A program made the position numbers and the translations under genes. Below, piece after piece: positions 23,987 through 32,912 of a stretch of 64,000 bases of DNA. The notes beneath the pieces are model-generated. The model did no database searches. It had not been told where the DNA came from and was given only the letters and a program-made list of their open reading frames with translations. The stretch's first letter is position 1. Every line of letters begins with the position of its first letter. The DNA lies in NCBI GenBank assembly GCA_945864585.1, contig CAMBCF010000003.1, positions 7,443 through 71,442 of the forward strand, given 5' to 3'. This DNA comes from Bordetella parapertussis (GTDB lineage: Bacteria; Pseudomonadota; Gammaproteobacteria; Burkholderiales; SG8-41).

Positions 23987-25171
23987 ATGTGGGATAACCG
24001 GTGCAAGATAGCAATCAGCGGTGTGGGATTCTCCAAGGCCACCCGCACGGCCGAAACCCCGCTCGCCGCGCACGCGCTGCAGGCGGTCAAGGCGGCAGTG
24101 GCGGACTCCGGGCTGACGCTGCCGGACATCGACGGCCTGGCGACCTATCCGGAGTTGCCGGCGACCGGGCACACCGAGGTGGATGGCATCTCCATCGTCT
24201 CTGTCAACTGCATGATGGCGATGCTAAAGCTGCCGAGCCTCACCTGGCATATACAGACGGGGTCGGTGAATATCGGCGGCGCGGTGCAGCAAGCCACCAA
24301 TGCGCTGCTCGCCGGCGTGTGTAAATACGCGGTGGTGTGGCGCGCCATGCACAACCCGAAAGGCACCTATCAGAACCTGCCCGGCGCCTACGCCAGTGGA
24401 CCAGTGCAGTTCACCGGCCCGTACGGCTTTGGCGGTCCGGGACAAGGCATGGCGGTCGCCTACACCCGCTGGCTGGAAACGCACAATCAAAATCGCGAAA
24501 AGATGGCGACCCTCGCGGTGACCCAGCGCCGCCACACGCAGAATAATCCTATCGCCTATTTCTATGGCACACCTCTCACGCGCGAGGACTACCTGAATTC
24601 ACGCATGGTGGCGCATCCGTTCTGCCTCTACGATTGCGACATCCCGGTGCAGGGTGCCTGCGCCATAGTGCTCACCACCGCTGACCGCGCGCGCGACCTC
24701 AAACCGCAACCCGCCTACCTCGCGGGTTATGGGCAGCGCCTGCACTTTGAAGTCGCGGGCCGCATCGGCAGCCTCAGCAGTTACATGGCGGGCGGCAGCA
24801 GTTCGGCGAAACTCACCTGGGAGCGCTCGGGCTTCACGCCGAAGGATGTAGATGTGGCGCAGATCTACGACGGCTTCTCGGCGTCGGTGATCTACGGCCT
24901 TGAGTCCTACGGCTTTTGCAAAGAGGGCGAGGCGCTCGATTTCATTCAGGACGGACGCATGGAACTCGATGGCGAGTTACCGCTTAACACTTTCGGTGGC
25001 AGCCTCGGCACCGGGCGCATCCACGGTCTGTGGCACATCATCGAGGGCGCGCTGCAGGCATCAGGGCGCGCGGGTGCACGTCAGGTCAAGGACGTCAACG
25101 TCTCCTTCGTCGGCGCGAGCGCGCCTATAGTGCAGGGGACTACGTTTATCTTTGTAAAAGAGCCTTATTAG
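23987..25171 (+). CDS. Thiolase-like protein (SCP-x / lipid-transfer type, DUF35 partner)
   Basis: 394 aa; IAISGVGFSK N-terminus and C-terminal GGSLGTGRIHG block typical of non-canonical thiolase-fold proteins. Confidence 0.75.
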   Translation: MWDNRCKIAISGVGFSKATRTAETPLAAHALQAVKAAVADSGLTLPDIDGLATYPELPATGHTEVDGISIVSVNCMMAMLKLPSLTWHIQTGSVNIGGAVQQATNALLAGVCKYAVVWRAMHNPKGTYQNLPGAYASGPVQFTGPYGFGGPGQGMAVAYTRWLETHNQNREKMATLAVTQRRHTQNNPIAYFYGTPLTREDYLNSRMVAHPFCLYDCDIPVQGACAIVLTTADRARDLKPQPAYLAGYGQRLHFEVAGRIGSLSSYMAGGSSSAKLTWERSGFTPKDVDVAQIYDGFSASVIYGLESYGFCKEGEALDFIQDGRMELDGELPLNTFGGSLGTGRIHGLWHIIEGALQASGRAGARQVKDVNVSFVGASAPIVQGTTFIFVKEPY

Positions 25172-25227
25172 AGAATCAGTTACAAGCCTTCATACACGCC
25201 TTCCGCGACAAGCCGCAAGGAAAACAT

Positions 25228-26133
25228 ATGGCCTGGAAATTCGAACTGTTGATGAAGCCGGACACCGAACAGTCCATCACCGAAGGCCCGGTATGGGACG
25301 GTGAGCACATCTATCTCACACAAATCCGCAAGAACCGCATCCTGCGCTACGACCCTAAAACCGGCGTGATCGACGAATGGCGCAGCGGCACCAACCGCAC
25401 CAACGGTCTTGCGTTCGACGCGCTGGGACGGCTGTTCGGTTGCTGCTCGGGCGGCAGAGCAATTGTGCGCTTCGATGCCGATGGTAAAAATGTCGTAATC
25501 GCCGACCGTCTCGACGGCAAAAAACTCAACACGCCCAACGATCTTGCCATCGATCGCAAAGGCCGCATCTGGTTTACCAACCCCATCAATGACGGCAACT
25601 GGGACTCGACCGAGGTCGCCGAGATCGATCACCGCTCGGTGCTGCGCGCCGACCCGCAGAAAGACGGCGCCTACAGCGTGACACGCGTAACCTTCGACAC
25701 CACGCAGCCCAACGGCATACTGGTATCACAGGACCAGAAAACGCTGTATGTCGCCGAGAGTGGCTCCGCCCTCGGCATACCGCGGCAGTTGCGCGCCTAC
25801 CCGATCAAGGATGACGGCAGCCTCGGCGCCTATGACGCACTGTTCACCTGGGGCGAAGATGCGCGTGGCGTCCATCGCGGCATCGATGGCATGTGTCTTG
25901 ACGCCGAAGGCAACATCGTCGCCACCGCCGGCTACTACGTAAGCGGATCGGGGCCGATGATCTACGTGTTTTCACCCAGCGGGCGCGTGCTGGAAACACA
26001 CCCGCTGCCGGCGAACCGCCCCACCAATTGTTGTTTCGGCGGCGCCGATCTCACGACATTGTTTGTCACCAGCACCAACGGCCATTTCTACAAAGCGCAG
26101 ACTGGGCGCGTGGGTTGGGCGATGTATCCGTAA
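25228..26133 (+). CDS. SMP-30 / gluconolactonase / LRE-like beta-propeller protein
   Basis: ORF trimmed to the ATG at 25228; EGPVWD, NGLAFD, PNDLAID, PNGI, DGMCLD propeller repeats. Confidence 0.8.
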   Translation: MAWKFELLMKPDTEQSITEGPVWDGEHIYLTQIRKNRILRYDPKTGVIDEWRSGTNRTNGLAFDALGRLFGCCSGGRAIVRFDADGKNVVIADRLDGKKLNTPNDLAIDRKGRIWFTNPINDGNWDSTEVAEIDHRSVLRADPQKDGAYSVTRVTFDTTQPNGILVSQDQKTLYVAESGSALGIPRQLRAYPIKDDGSLGAYDALFTWGEDARGVHRGIDGMCLDAEGNIVATAGYYVSGSGPMIYVFSPSGRVLETHPLPANRPTNCCFGGADLTTLFVTSTNGHFYKAQTGRVGWAMYP

Positions 26134-26196
26134 GTGGCGGAAAAACTCTGCTGATCACCTGAAGAACACCTGTAACCCCTATGAAAGGACTCCGCA

Positions 26197-26922
26197 ATGC
26201 CCACGCTTGAACACCATGGTGCGTCGATCTATTACGAAGAATTCGGCAAGGGGTTCCCCCTCCTCATGTTCGCGCCCGCAGGCCTCGCGTCGACTATCGA
26301 TGTGTGGAACCAGCCGATGGCGCCGCTGAAGCCCGCCACCGACTTCGCGGGATACCGCGTGATCGTGATGGATCAGCGCAATGCCGGCGGCCGCTCCCAC
26401 GCACCGCTCACCGCACAGGACGGCTGGCACTCTTACGCTGCCGACCACATCGCTGTGCTTGACCATCTGCGCATCGACCGCTGCCATTTATTCGGCCAGT
26501 GTATCGGCGGGTCTTTCATCATGAGCCTGCTCAAGGCCCAGCCCCAGCGCATCGCGAGCGCCGTGATCGCGCAGCCGATCGGGCGCGTAGGCCGGATGAA
26601 GCCCCGCCCTCCCCGCTTCGACGCCTGGGCGAAGGCCCTGGTCGATCACCCGGAGATCACCGAGCAGGTGCTCGACGCGTTCTACCAGAACCTGTACGCG
26701 CCCGGCTTCCTCTACAGCGTCGACCGCGCGTTCGTGTCGGGTTGCCAGACGCCGTGCCTGGTGCTGGCCGGCAACGATGAGGCGCATCCGTTGCCGATCT
26801 CCGAGGAGACGGCAAAGCTGCTTCCCAACGCGGAGTTCATTCTGGAGTGGAAAGCAGGCGCCGCACTGGCGGAAGCGAAGGTCCGCATCAACGCATTCCT
26901 GGCCAAGCATACGCCCGTCTAG
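26197..26922 (+). CDS. Alpha/beta hydrolase fold protein
   Basis: 241 aa; the GQCIGG elbow has Cys at the nucleophile position instead of Ser; AAAGGA SD. Confidence 0.7.
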   Translation: MPTLEHHGASIYYEEFGKGFPLLMFAPAGLASTIDVWNQPMAPLKPATDFAGYRVIVMDQRNAGGRSHAPLTAQDGWHSYAADHIAVLDHLRIDRCHLFGQCIGGSFIMSLLKAQPQRIASAVIAQPIGRVGRMKPRPPRFDAWAKALVDHPEITEQVLDAFYQNLYAPGFLYSVDRAFVSGCQTPCLVLAGNDEAHPLPISEETAKLLPNAEFILEWKAGAALAEAKVRINAFLAKHTPV

Positions 26923-26991
26923 AGTCGTGATGCGTAATGAACAGAACATTTAGAAACCTGACGTCGAGCGTAGACGCTTCAATACTAACCC

Positions 26992-27130
26992 CGTCATTCC
27001 GGCGAAAGCCGGTATCCCCTTCCCTTGGGGAAGGTAGGATGGGGATGTCACGCAATCATGCGAAGCATCTTAAATTTTGATCCTTCGGATCGGGCTTACG
27101 TACTAGATTCCGGCTTTCGCCGGAATGACG
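26992..27130. mobile_element. MITE-like 139-bp element with 25-nt terminal inverted repeats CGTCATTCCGGCGAAAGCCGG(T/A)ATC
   Basis: TIRs at 26992-27016 and 27106-27130 (24 of 25 match); each TIR contains CCGGC-GAAA-GCCGG; internal CCTTCCC-TT-GGGGAAGG hairpin. Confidence 0.65.
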
Positions 27131-27225
27131 AGTGTGGATAAGCTCAGTATTCTGCAACACTACACTAGCGCGCTCCGGCACATTACAATGTTTTCACCAC
27201 CTCTCTTGAAAAAAGGAACACCAGC

Positions 27226-27969
27226 ATGGCACTGATTGAGCAAAATGTACTGGTCACCACCAAGCACGGCAAATGCCCTTCATTCGCGGTCTGTCCCGAC
27301 GCGCCGGGGTCATTCCCCGGCATCATTTTTTTCATGGACGCGCCGGGATATCGCGAGGAGCTTTGCAACATGGCGCGGCGCATTGCCAAGCGCGGTTATT
27401 TCTGCGTGCTGCCCGACATGTACTACCGGCTCGGCACCTGCCGCTTCGACATTCCGCGGCGTAATGATCCCATGTCTGCGGTGATCAGAGCCTCGATGAA
27501 CAGCATCACCAACGCCGACGTGACCGATGACACCGCCGCATTGATTGCGTGGCTGGATGCGCAGGACAAAGTGAAGGCCGGCCCTGTCGGCTGCGTCGGC
27601 CATTGCATGAGCGGCTGCTACATCACCACCGTATCAGCGCGCTTCCCGACGCGCATGATGGCGGCCGCCTCTCTCTACGGCGTCAACATCGTCACCGACA
27701 AGCCGGATTCTTCGCATTTGCTGATCGACAAAATCAAGGGTGAGCTCTACTACGGCTTTGCCGAGACCGATGCTTCGGTGCCCGCCAACGTAATTCCTGA
27801 CCTCACCGCGGCGCTGAAAAAAGCCGGCACGCGGCATACGCTGGAAGTCCTGCCAGGGACGCTGCACGGCTACTGCTTCGCCGAGCGCGCGGCCTATAAT
27901 CCGGTTGCCTCCGAGCATTCGTGGGAGAAGATATTTGATCTGTGGGAACGCAATCTCAAGAAGGCTTGA
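27226..27969 (+). CDS. Dienelactone hydrolase family protein
   Basis: 247 aa; IIFFMDAPG, a GHCMSG nucleophile region (Cys type, as in DLH) and C-terminal LHGY. Confidence 0.75.
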   Translation: MALIEQNVLVTTKHGKCPSFAVCPDAPGSFPGIIFFMDAPGYREELCNMARRIAKRGYFCVLPDMYYRLGTCRFDIPRRNDPMSAVIRASMNSITNADVTDDTAALIAWLDAQDKVKAGPVGCVGHCMSGCYITTVSARFPTRMMAAASLYGVNIVTDKPDSSHLLIDKIKGELYYGFAETDASVPANVIPDLTAALKKAGTRHTLEVLPGTLHGYCFAERAAYNPVASEHSWEKIFDLWERNLKKA

Positions 27970-27989
27970 GGCAGATACAGGAGCGTGAC

Positions 27990-28673
27990 GTGGTAGACAT
28001 CAAGGCATTTCCCTATCTGTGCTTCGTCAGGTTTGATCTGGTAAATAAGGAGTTCGACCGCCAGTTCAACATCCACTTCGATGCGCATATCCAGGAACTG
28101 GCGGACAAGCCGGGCTACTCCACGGCCTGGCGCACGCGGGAGCTGCGCGGCGGCGATAACTATAACGAAGGCGTGATGGAGCAGGAGTACCAGCAGATTT
28201 ACGCCATCAGCGATCCCGGGCTGTTCAAGTCCTTCCCGCAAAACCCGCCGCCGCCGGTGATGGAAAAGGAACCCTGGCGCCGCGATCTCGGGAATTGGGG
28301 GCGGGTGTTTTACCGCGTGCTGTCGGTGCTCGAAAAAGACAACCGCGCGGGCCGCTGCTGGGCGCGCTGCGAAAGCAATTTTCGCGGCGCCGCAGCGGAA
28401 GATTCCCGCTTCCAGTCCGCAAACGCACAGCACCTGAAGCGGGTGCTGGAACTGCCCGGCATCCACTGCGCCTGGCAACTGCAGCATGCGCCGCACCCCG
28501 CCCAGATCGGCCCCGACCCGGCGGGCAATTACATGAATATGTTCGAAGCCGATGCCCCGGAGAATCTGTTCGATCCCAGCCTCGGTGAGGATCGGCTGCC
28601 GCTTAGCGCCGGACAAGAATTCGCCGGCCGGCATTTTGCACGGCTGCTGCTGAAGGCCGAACCGCAGCACTGA
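27990..28673 (+). CDS. Hypothetical protein (no family recognised)
   Basis: ORF 27942..28673; GTG at 27990 follows AGGAG; third-position GC and residue composition favour this strand over the fully overlapping antisense ORF. Confidence 0.5.
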   Translation: MVDIKAFPYLCFVRFDLVNKEFDRQFNIHFDAHIQELADKPGYSTAWRTRELRGGDNYNEGVMEQEYQQIYAISDPGLFKSFPQNPPPPVMEKEPWRRDLGNWGRVFYRVLSVLEKDNRAGRCWARCESNFRGAAAEDSRFQSANAQHLKRVLELPGIHCAWQLQHAPHPAQIGPDPAGNYMNMFEADAPENLFDPSLGEDRLPLSAGQEFAGRHFARLLLKAEPQH

Positions 28674-28678
28674 GCGGG

Positions 28679-29896
28679 CTATACCGTGCTGCTGGCGTGC
28701 AACTGCGCGATCTCGTCCTTTGAAAACCCGTATTCGGCCAGCACTTCGTCGGTGTGCTGTCCCAGACGTGGCGGCAGGGAATGGATAGTCGCCGGGCTCG
28801 CAGACAGACGGTAGGGCGCGGTGGGTACTGCGAAAGGGGGCAAGCCGCTCGCGCTGGTGTCGTCGAACGCATGAAAAAATTTGCGGTATTCAAGCTGCGG
28901 ATGATGGACGGCGCGGGCGAGCGGCAGAACTTCCATCGCCGGCACGCCGCCCTTGTTCAGTAGCGTTTCCCATTCTGCTGCGGTTTTGGTTGAGAGCTTG
29001 CGCTCGATGATTTCATTCATCGCCTGCATGTTCTGCGCCACCGCAACATCCGTGGCGAAGCGTGGATCCTGGGGAATCTCGGAGCCGTCGATTACCTTCC
29101 ACAACTTGTCGCGACGCGCGGGTGCACCGGCGGCGATGGAAAGGTGGCCCTCCTTGCAGCGGTAGGTATCGCTCACGTAGCCGCCTTTGCCGGAAGCGTT
29201 GCCCACCAGCGGCGGGGTTTCATTGGCGGTGATGGCACGCAGGACTTCACCGCCCATCATGGTCATCGCCGTTTCCAGCATGGCCACATCGATGACCTGA
29301 CCCACGCCGGTGCGGGTGCGCTGAAACAGCGCGATGACAAGCGCGAGCGCGGCGGCATAGCCCGTGGTGTAGTCCACGATAGTCGAGCCGGATTTCAGCG
29401 GGCCGGTTTGCGGCGTGCCGGTGATGCTCATCATGCCGCTGACCGCCTGTATCACGGTGTCGATGGCAGGGTCGCTTTTCTTCGGGCCGGTCTGGCCGTA
29501 GCCGGTGACGGAACAGAAGATGATGCGCGGATTGATCTGCTTCAGGTCCTCATAGCCGAGGCCGTAACGCGCCATGGTGCCGCCCTTGAGGTTTTCGATG
29601 ACCACGTCGGCGTTGCCGGCCATTCTGCGGAACACCGCCTGGCCCTCCGGCGTATTGATGGCGAGCGTGAGCGAGCGTTTGTTGGCGTTGTAGGCGAGGA
29701 AGTTGTGCGCCATCCCGGCGGCGTGAAAGGGGGTTTGCAGGTTGCCCGAAATGCGCGAGGAATCGCCGCCATCGGGATGCTCTATGTGAATGACGTCAGC
29801 GCCATGCATTGCCAGTTGATAAGCCGCGAACGGCGCTGCAACGATGCGCGCCACCGCCAGCACCTTGATGCCGCTAAATGCCTGCTGTAAATCCAT
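28679..29896 (-). CDS. CaiB/BaiF family (family III) CoA-transferase
   Basis: 405 aa; GIKVLAVARIVAAPFAAYQLAMHGADVIHIE N-terminus and the GxxxGP region are typical. Confidence 0.85.
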   Translation of the reverse strand: MDLQQAFSGIKVLAVARIVAAPFAAYQLAMHGADVIHIEHPDGGDSSRISGNLQTPFHAAGMAHNFLAYNANKRSLTLAINTPEGQAVFRRMAGNADVVIENLKGGTMARYGLGYEDLKQINPRIIFCSVTGYGQTGPKKSDPAIDTVIQAVSGMMSITGTPQTGPLKSGSTIVDYTTGYAAALALVIALFQRTRTGVGQVIDVAMLETAMTMMGGEVLRAITANETPPLVGNASGKGGYVSDTYRCKEGHLSIAAGAPARRDKLWKVIDGSEIPQDPRFATDVAVAQNMQAMNEIIERKLSTKTAAEWETLLNKGGVPAMEVLPLARAVHHPQLEYRKFFHAFDDTSASGLPPFAVPTAPYRLSASPATIHSLPPRLGQHTDEVLAEYGFSKDEIAQLHASSTV

Positions 29897-30320
29897 AGGG
29901 ACTCATTAAACCATTATTAACTAAAACGAACTCACTGCTGTAGACGGTAGTGACCGGCGCAAAGTCCTTGATCGGGTCGTAGGGAAGCTTGGGGAACAGG
30001 TTGGGATTGATGAGGTGGGTGTTGGTGGTCATGATGATGGTATAGCCATCGGGCGGGGATTTCGCCAGCGTCTCGGTGCCGATAATGGTATTGCCGCCGG
30101 GACGGTTGTCGATGATCACGTTCTGGCTCCAGCTTTCAGTCAGCTTCTGGCCGACCACCCGCGCCATCGCGGTGGTGCTGCCGCTCGCAGCGTAAGGGCT
30201 GATGAAGCGAATGGGTTTGGTTGGGTAGTTTGCCTGGGCCAGAGACACAAACGGTGCAACCAGCAGCAGCAACGCCGAATATTGCAACAAGATTTTAGAA
30301 AAAAGTTTGCTGCACATCAT
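29874..30320 (-). pseudogene. Bug family gene, 5' fragment only (about 125 homologous codons, then junk overlapping the CoA-transferase start)
   Basis: Signal peptide, NYPTKPIRFISPYAASGST, PPDGYT and LPYDPIKDFAPV are present; homology ends near 29935 at an AT-rich junction. Confidence 0.7.
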
Positions 30321-30459
30321 GCACGCCTCCTCGTGACCGCTGAAACCGCAAACTTAGTTTACGCTCAAATGCTCGCACACCCATGATTTTTCACCGCCGA
30401 ATTACTGCGGGCGCGCGTTGGATCGGCGCGCATTTGGGCCGTCGCGCTTGAGTGCAGGC

Positions 30460-30654
30460 TTAGAACCGCCCGGGTTCGGCAACGCCGAGGTCACGACAAA
30501 TTTTGCGCGCGAGATGGTTGTTGATCTCGGTGTGCCGTGGAATTGCACTGCGTCGCCCGGTGCTTGTGTTGTGCCACCACGAGTGTCGCGCGCCTTCGCG
30601 CAGAAGTTCGCAATTCAAGGCCGTGAGATGCCGCACCAGATCACGGCGTTTCAT
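30460..30654 (-). CDS. hicA: HicA family type II toxin
   Basis: 64 aa; MKRRDLVRHLTALNCELLREGARHSWW...IPRHTEINNHLARKICRDLGV is typical HicA. Confidence 0.85.
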   Translation of the reverse strand: MKRRDLVRHLTALNCELLREGARHSWWHNTSTGRRSAIPRHTEINNHLARKICRDLGVAEPGRF

Positions 30655-30863
30655 ACCGCGATGGGAAGTTCCTCGTAGCCATTACCGGCGGCGCTACGGG
30701 CCTCCATTCGATTGAACTTGATGGCCTCTGTCAGTGTCACGCGCAATGACTCCAAGAGTTCCTCGCGGGTTGACTCTTGGCAGTTAACACCCGGCACTTC
30801 CTCAACCCAGCCGATCCACCAGTCAGCGTCTTGCTTTACAACAGCCGTATAGGTTTGCTTCAT
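30651..30863 (-). CDS. hicB: HicB family antitoxin
   Basis: ORF trimmed to the ATG at 30863 (GGAGGTGA upstream); YTAVVKQDADWWIGWVEEVPGVNCQ is typical HicB; 4-nt overlap with hicA. Confidence 0.8.
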   Translation of the reverse strand: MKQTYTAVVKQDADWWIGWVEEVPGVNCQESTREELLESLRVTLTEAIKFNRMEARSAAGNGYEELPIAV

Positions 30864-30925
30864 TTCGTCACCTCCGACGCGGCTAAGTATACCGCTTTCG
30901 CTGTGGCCGCTATCGCACCACACCA

Positions 30926-31921
30926 TCAGCGCCTGGCGATGGCGTAGGCCTGATCGACCAGCCGCGCCGCGCGGTAGCAGTCCGCAACACCCACCGCTGG
31001 CGGCTCGCCGCGTTGCCAGCGCGCCAGCACGTCGCGTAGCGCCAGCGTGGCCAGCGGTTCAGGTGATTCTGCCCTAAGTTCCTGCGCGCCTGCGGCAGTG
31101 GTACAGCGCAAGGACCCTTCGCGCAGCGTAAGCAGCGCGTCGCGCCCTGAAAGTCTCCATTCCGCATCCCCGCCCTTGCCCGGAAAAGTATTGCCCACTT
31201 CAATGGCGCCGAGCACGCCGCTCGCTGTTCGCAGAAGCAGCGTCGCATAGTCCTCAACGCCATGGCCGTGCGCGCGCGAACTCAGTTGCACGCCCGTCAC
31301 CTCGGCGTCCTCGCCGGTGATATGAAGGAACGCATCAATGCCGTGCATGCCGACGTTACGCAGGCAGCCGCCGCCGGCCAGCGCCGGATCGAGCATCCAC
31401 GGCGCGCCCCACGCAACATAACGTGCCGAAGTCGGACGGTTCGAGCGGAAATAGAAATGAGATACCGGGCCGAAGGCGCCTTCGGCGAGCAGGCGCCGCG
31501 CGTGTGTCACGAAAGGCTGCAAGCGCTGGAACAGCGGCACTGCGGCGAAAGCACCCTTGGCTGCCGCCTTGTCGGCGACACTGCGCACCTCTTGCGCGTT
31601 CACACCCACCGGTTTTTCGATCAGGAACGGATAACCTTGATCAAGCAGGAAATGGGCAACCCCGGACATCGCGCTGTGGCGTCCCAGTACCAGCACGAAG
31701 TCCGGCCGGATCTCGCTGAGCATCTGCGGGTAGTCGGTGAAGACCGGGGGTTCGCCCACCTGCGCGGCGCGCTGCGCCGCCAGCGCGGCATCGGCATCCT
31801 GCACGCCAACCAGTTGCACCTCCGGCATGCCCGCCAGCGTCTTCAGGTAGGCAGCGTCGTAGAGGGAATGCCAGTGGCCGACCCCGATCGCGGCAATACG
31901 GATGGGAAGACTGCGTGCCAT
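30926..31921 (-). CDS. Gfo/Idh/MocA family oxidoreductase
   Basis: IRIAAIGVGHWH Rossmann N-terminus, EKP motif (FLIEKPVG); 331 aa. Confidence 0.8.
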   Translation of the reverse strand: MARSLPIRIAAIGVGHWHSLYDAAYLKTLAGMPEVQLVGVQDADAALAAQRAAQVGEPPVFTDYPQMLSEIRPDFVLVLGRHSAMSGVAHFLLDQGYPFLIEKPVGVNAQEVRSVADKAAAKGAFAAVPLFQRLQPFVTHARRLLAEGAFGPVSHFYFRSNRPTSARYVAWGAPWMLDPALAGGGCLRNVGMHGIDAFLHITGEDAEVTGVQLSSRAHGHGVEDYATLLLRTASGVLGAIEVGNTFPGKGGDAEWRLSGRDALLTLREGSLRCTTAAGAQELRAESPEPLATLALRDVLARWQRGEPPAVGVADCYRAARLVDQAYAIARR

Positions 31922-32044
31922 AATTACTCCGAATAATATATAATGGGGTCAGACTTGATATACTTTATAACCAATTGTATTTATTAGCTTTTTAATAATT
32001 ACTCCGTAGCAGAAGCATGCCTGCGCAATGCGCCCGTGATTGCC

Positions 32045-32794
32045 TTACCCCGGACGGATGCGCGCCTCGCGCACCACCTTCGTCCACTTTGCAATCTCCG
32101 TGCGCAGATAGGCGGCGAACTGCTCGGGCGTGCCACCAGCGCTCTCGAAACCCTGCTGCAGCAGGCGCTCGCGGGTTTCAACTACCCGCAGCACCGCGTT
32201 GAGTTCGGCATTGAGCCGGCTAATGGCGGCGGCGGGCGTGCCCGCAGGCGCGACTAGCGCAAACCAGTTGGCGACCTCGAACCCAGGCAAGCCCGACTCG
32301 GCAAGCGTCGGCAGATCCATAGCGGCAGGGTAGCGCTGCAGGCTGGCAATGCCGAGCGCGGTGAGCTTGCCGGCACGCACGTGCGGCAGCGACGCCGGCA
32401 CGCCTATCAGCATCACACTCAGGTGGCCGCCCAGCAGATCGGTGACAGCCGGTGCGGCGCCCTTGTACGGCACGTGCGCGATGTCTACGCGCGCGGCGAG
32501 CTTGAACAGTTCGGTCGCGAGGTGGCTGGCCGAGCCGTTGCCCGACGAGCCGTAGGTGAGCTGCTGCGGGCGCGCACGCGCGTAGTCGATGAATTCTTTC
32601 AGCGTGCGTGCCGGAACCGACGGATGCAGCACCATGATGCTGGTCATATTGGCGGCCAGCATCACCGGCGCGAAATCGCGCAGCGTGTCGAACGGCACTT
32701 TGCCCATAGCCGGGTTGGCGATCAGGATGCCGGGTGTGGCAAGAAATATTAAGCGGAAGAACCCCGACAGATTTCGTTGGCTACCGGTCGCCAT
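32045..32794 (-). pseudogene. Bug family gene, 3' fragment only (lacks the signal peptide and the first about 100 residues)
   Basis: Homology begins near GFFRLIFLATPGILIANPAMGKVPFDTLRDFAPV and runs to the normal C-terminus. Confidence 0.65.
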
Positions 32795-32912
32795 ACCCGT
32801 CCCCTTTCAACATCGCCATGGACAGTGCGTAGATTGTCGCCCAAAATGACACCGGCGTCAGTTATTGTGGATTACATCGCGAAACAATCACTGGAAAAAG
32901 GCGGAGAACATC

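Noticed and set aside
29874-32794. The two Bug fragments as halves of a single gene split by an insertion
   Set aside because: On the minus strand the C-terminal piece lies upstream of the N-terminal piece, and both contain the LPYD..DFAPV segment. They must therefore come from different copies.
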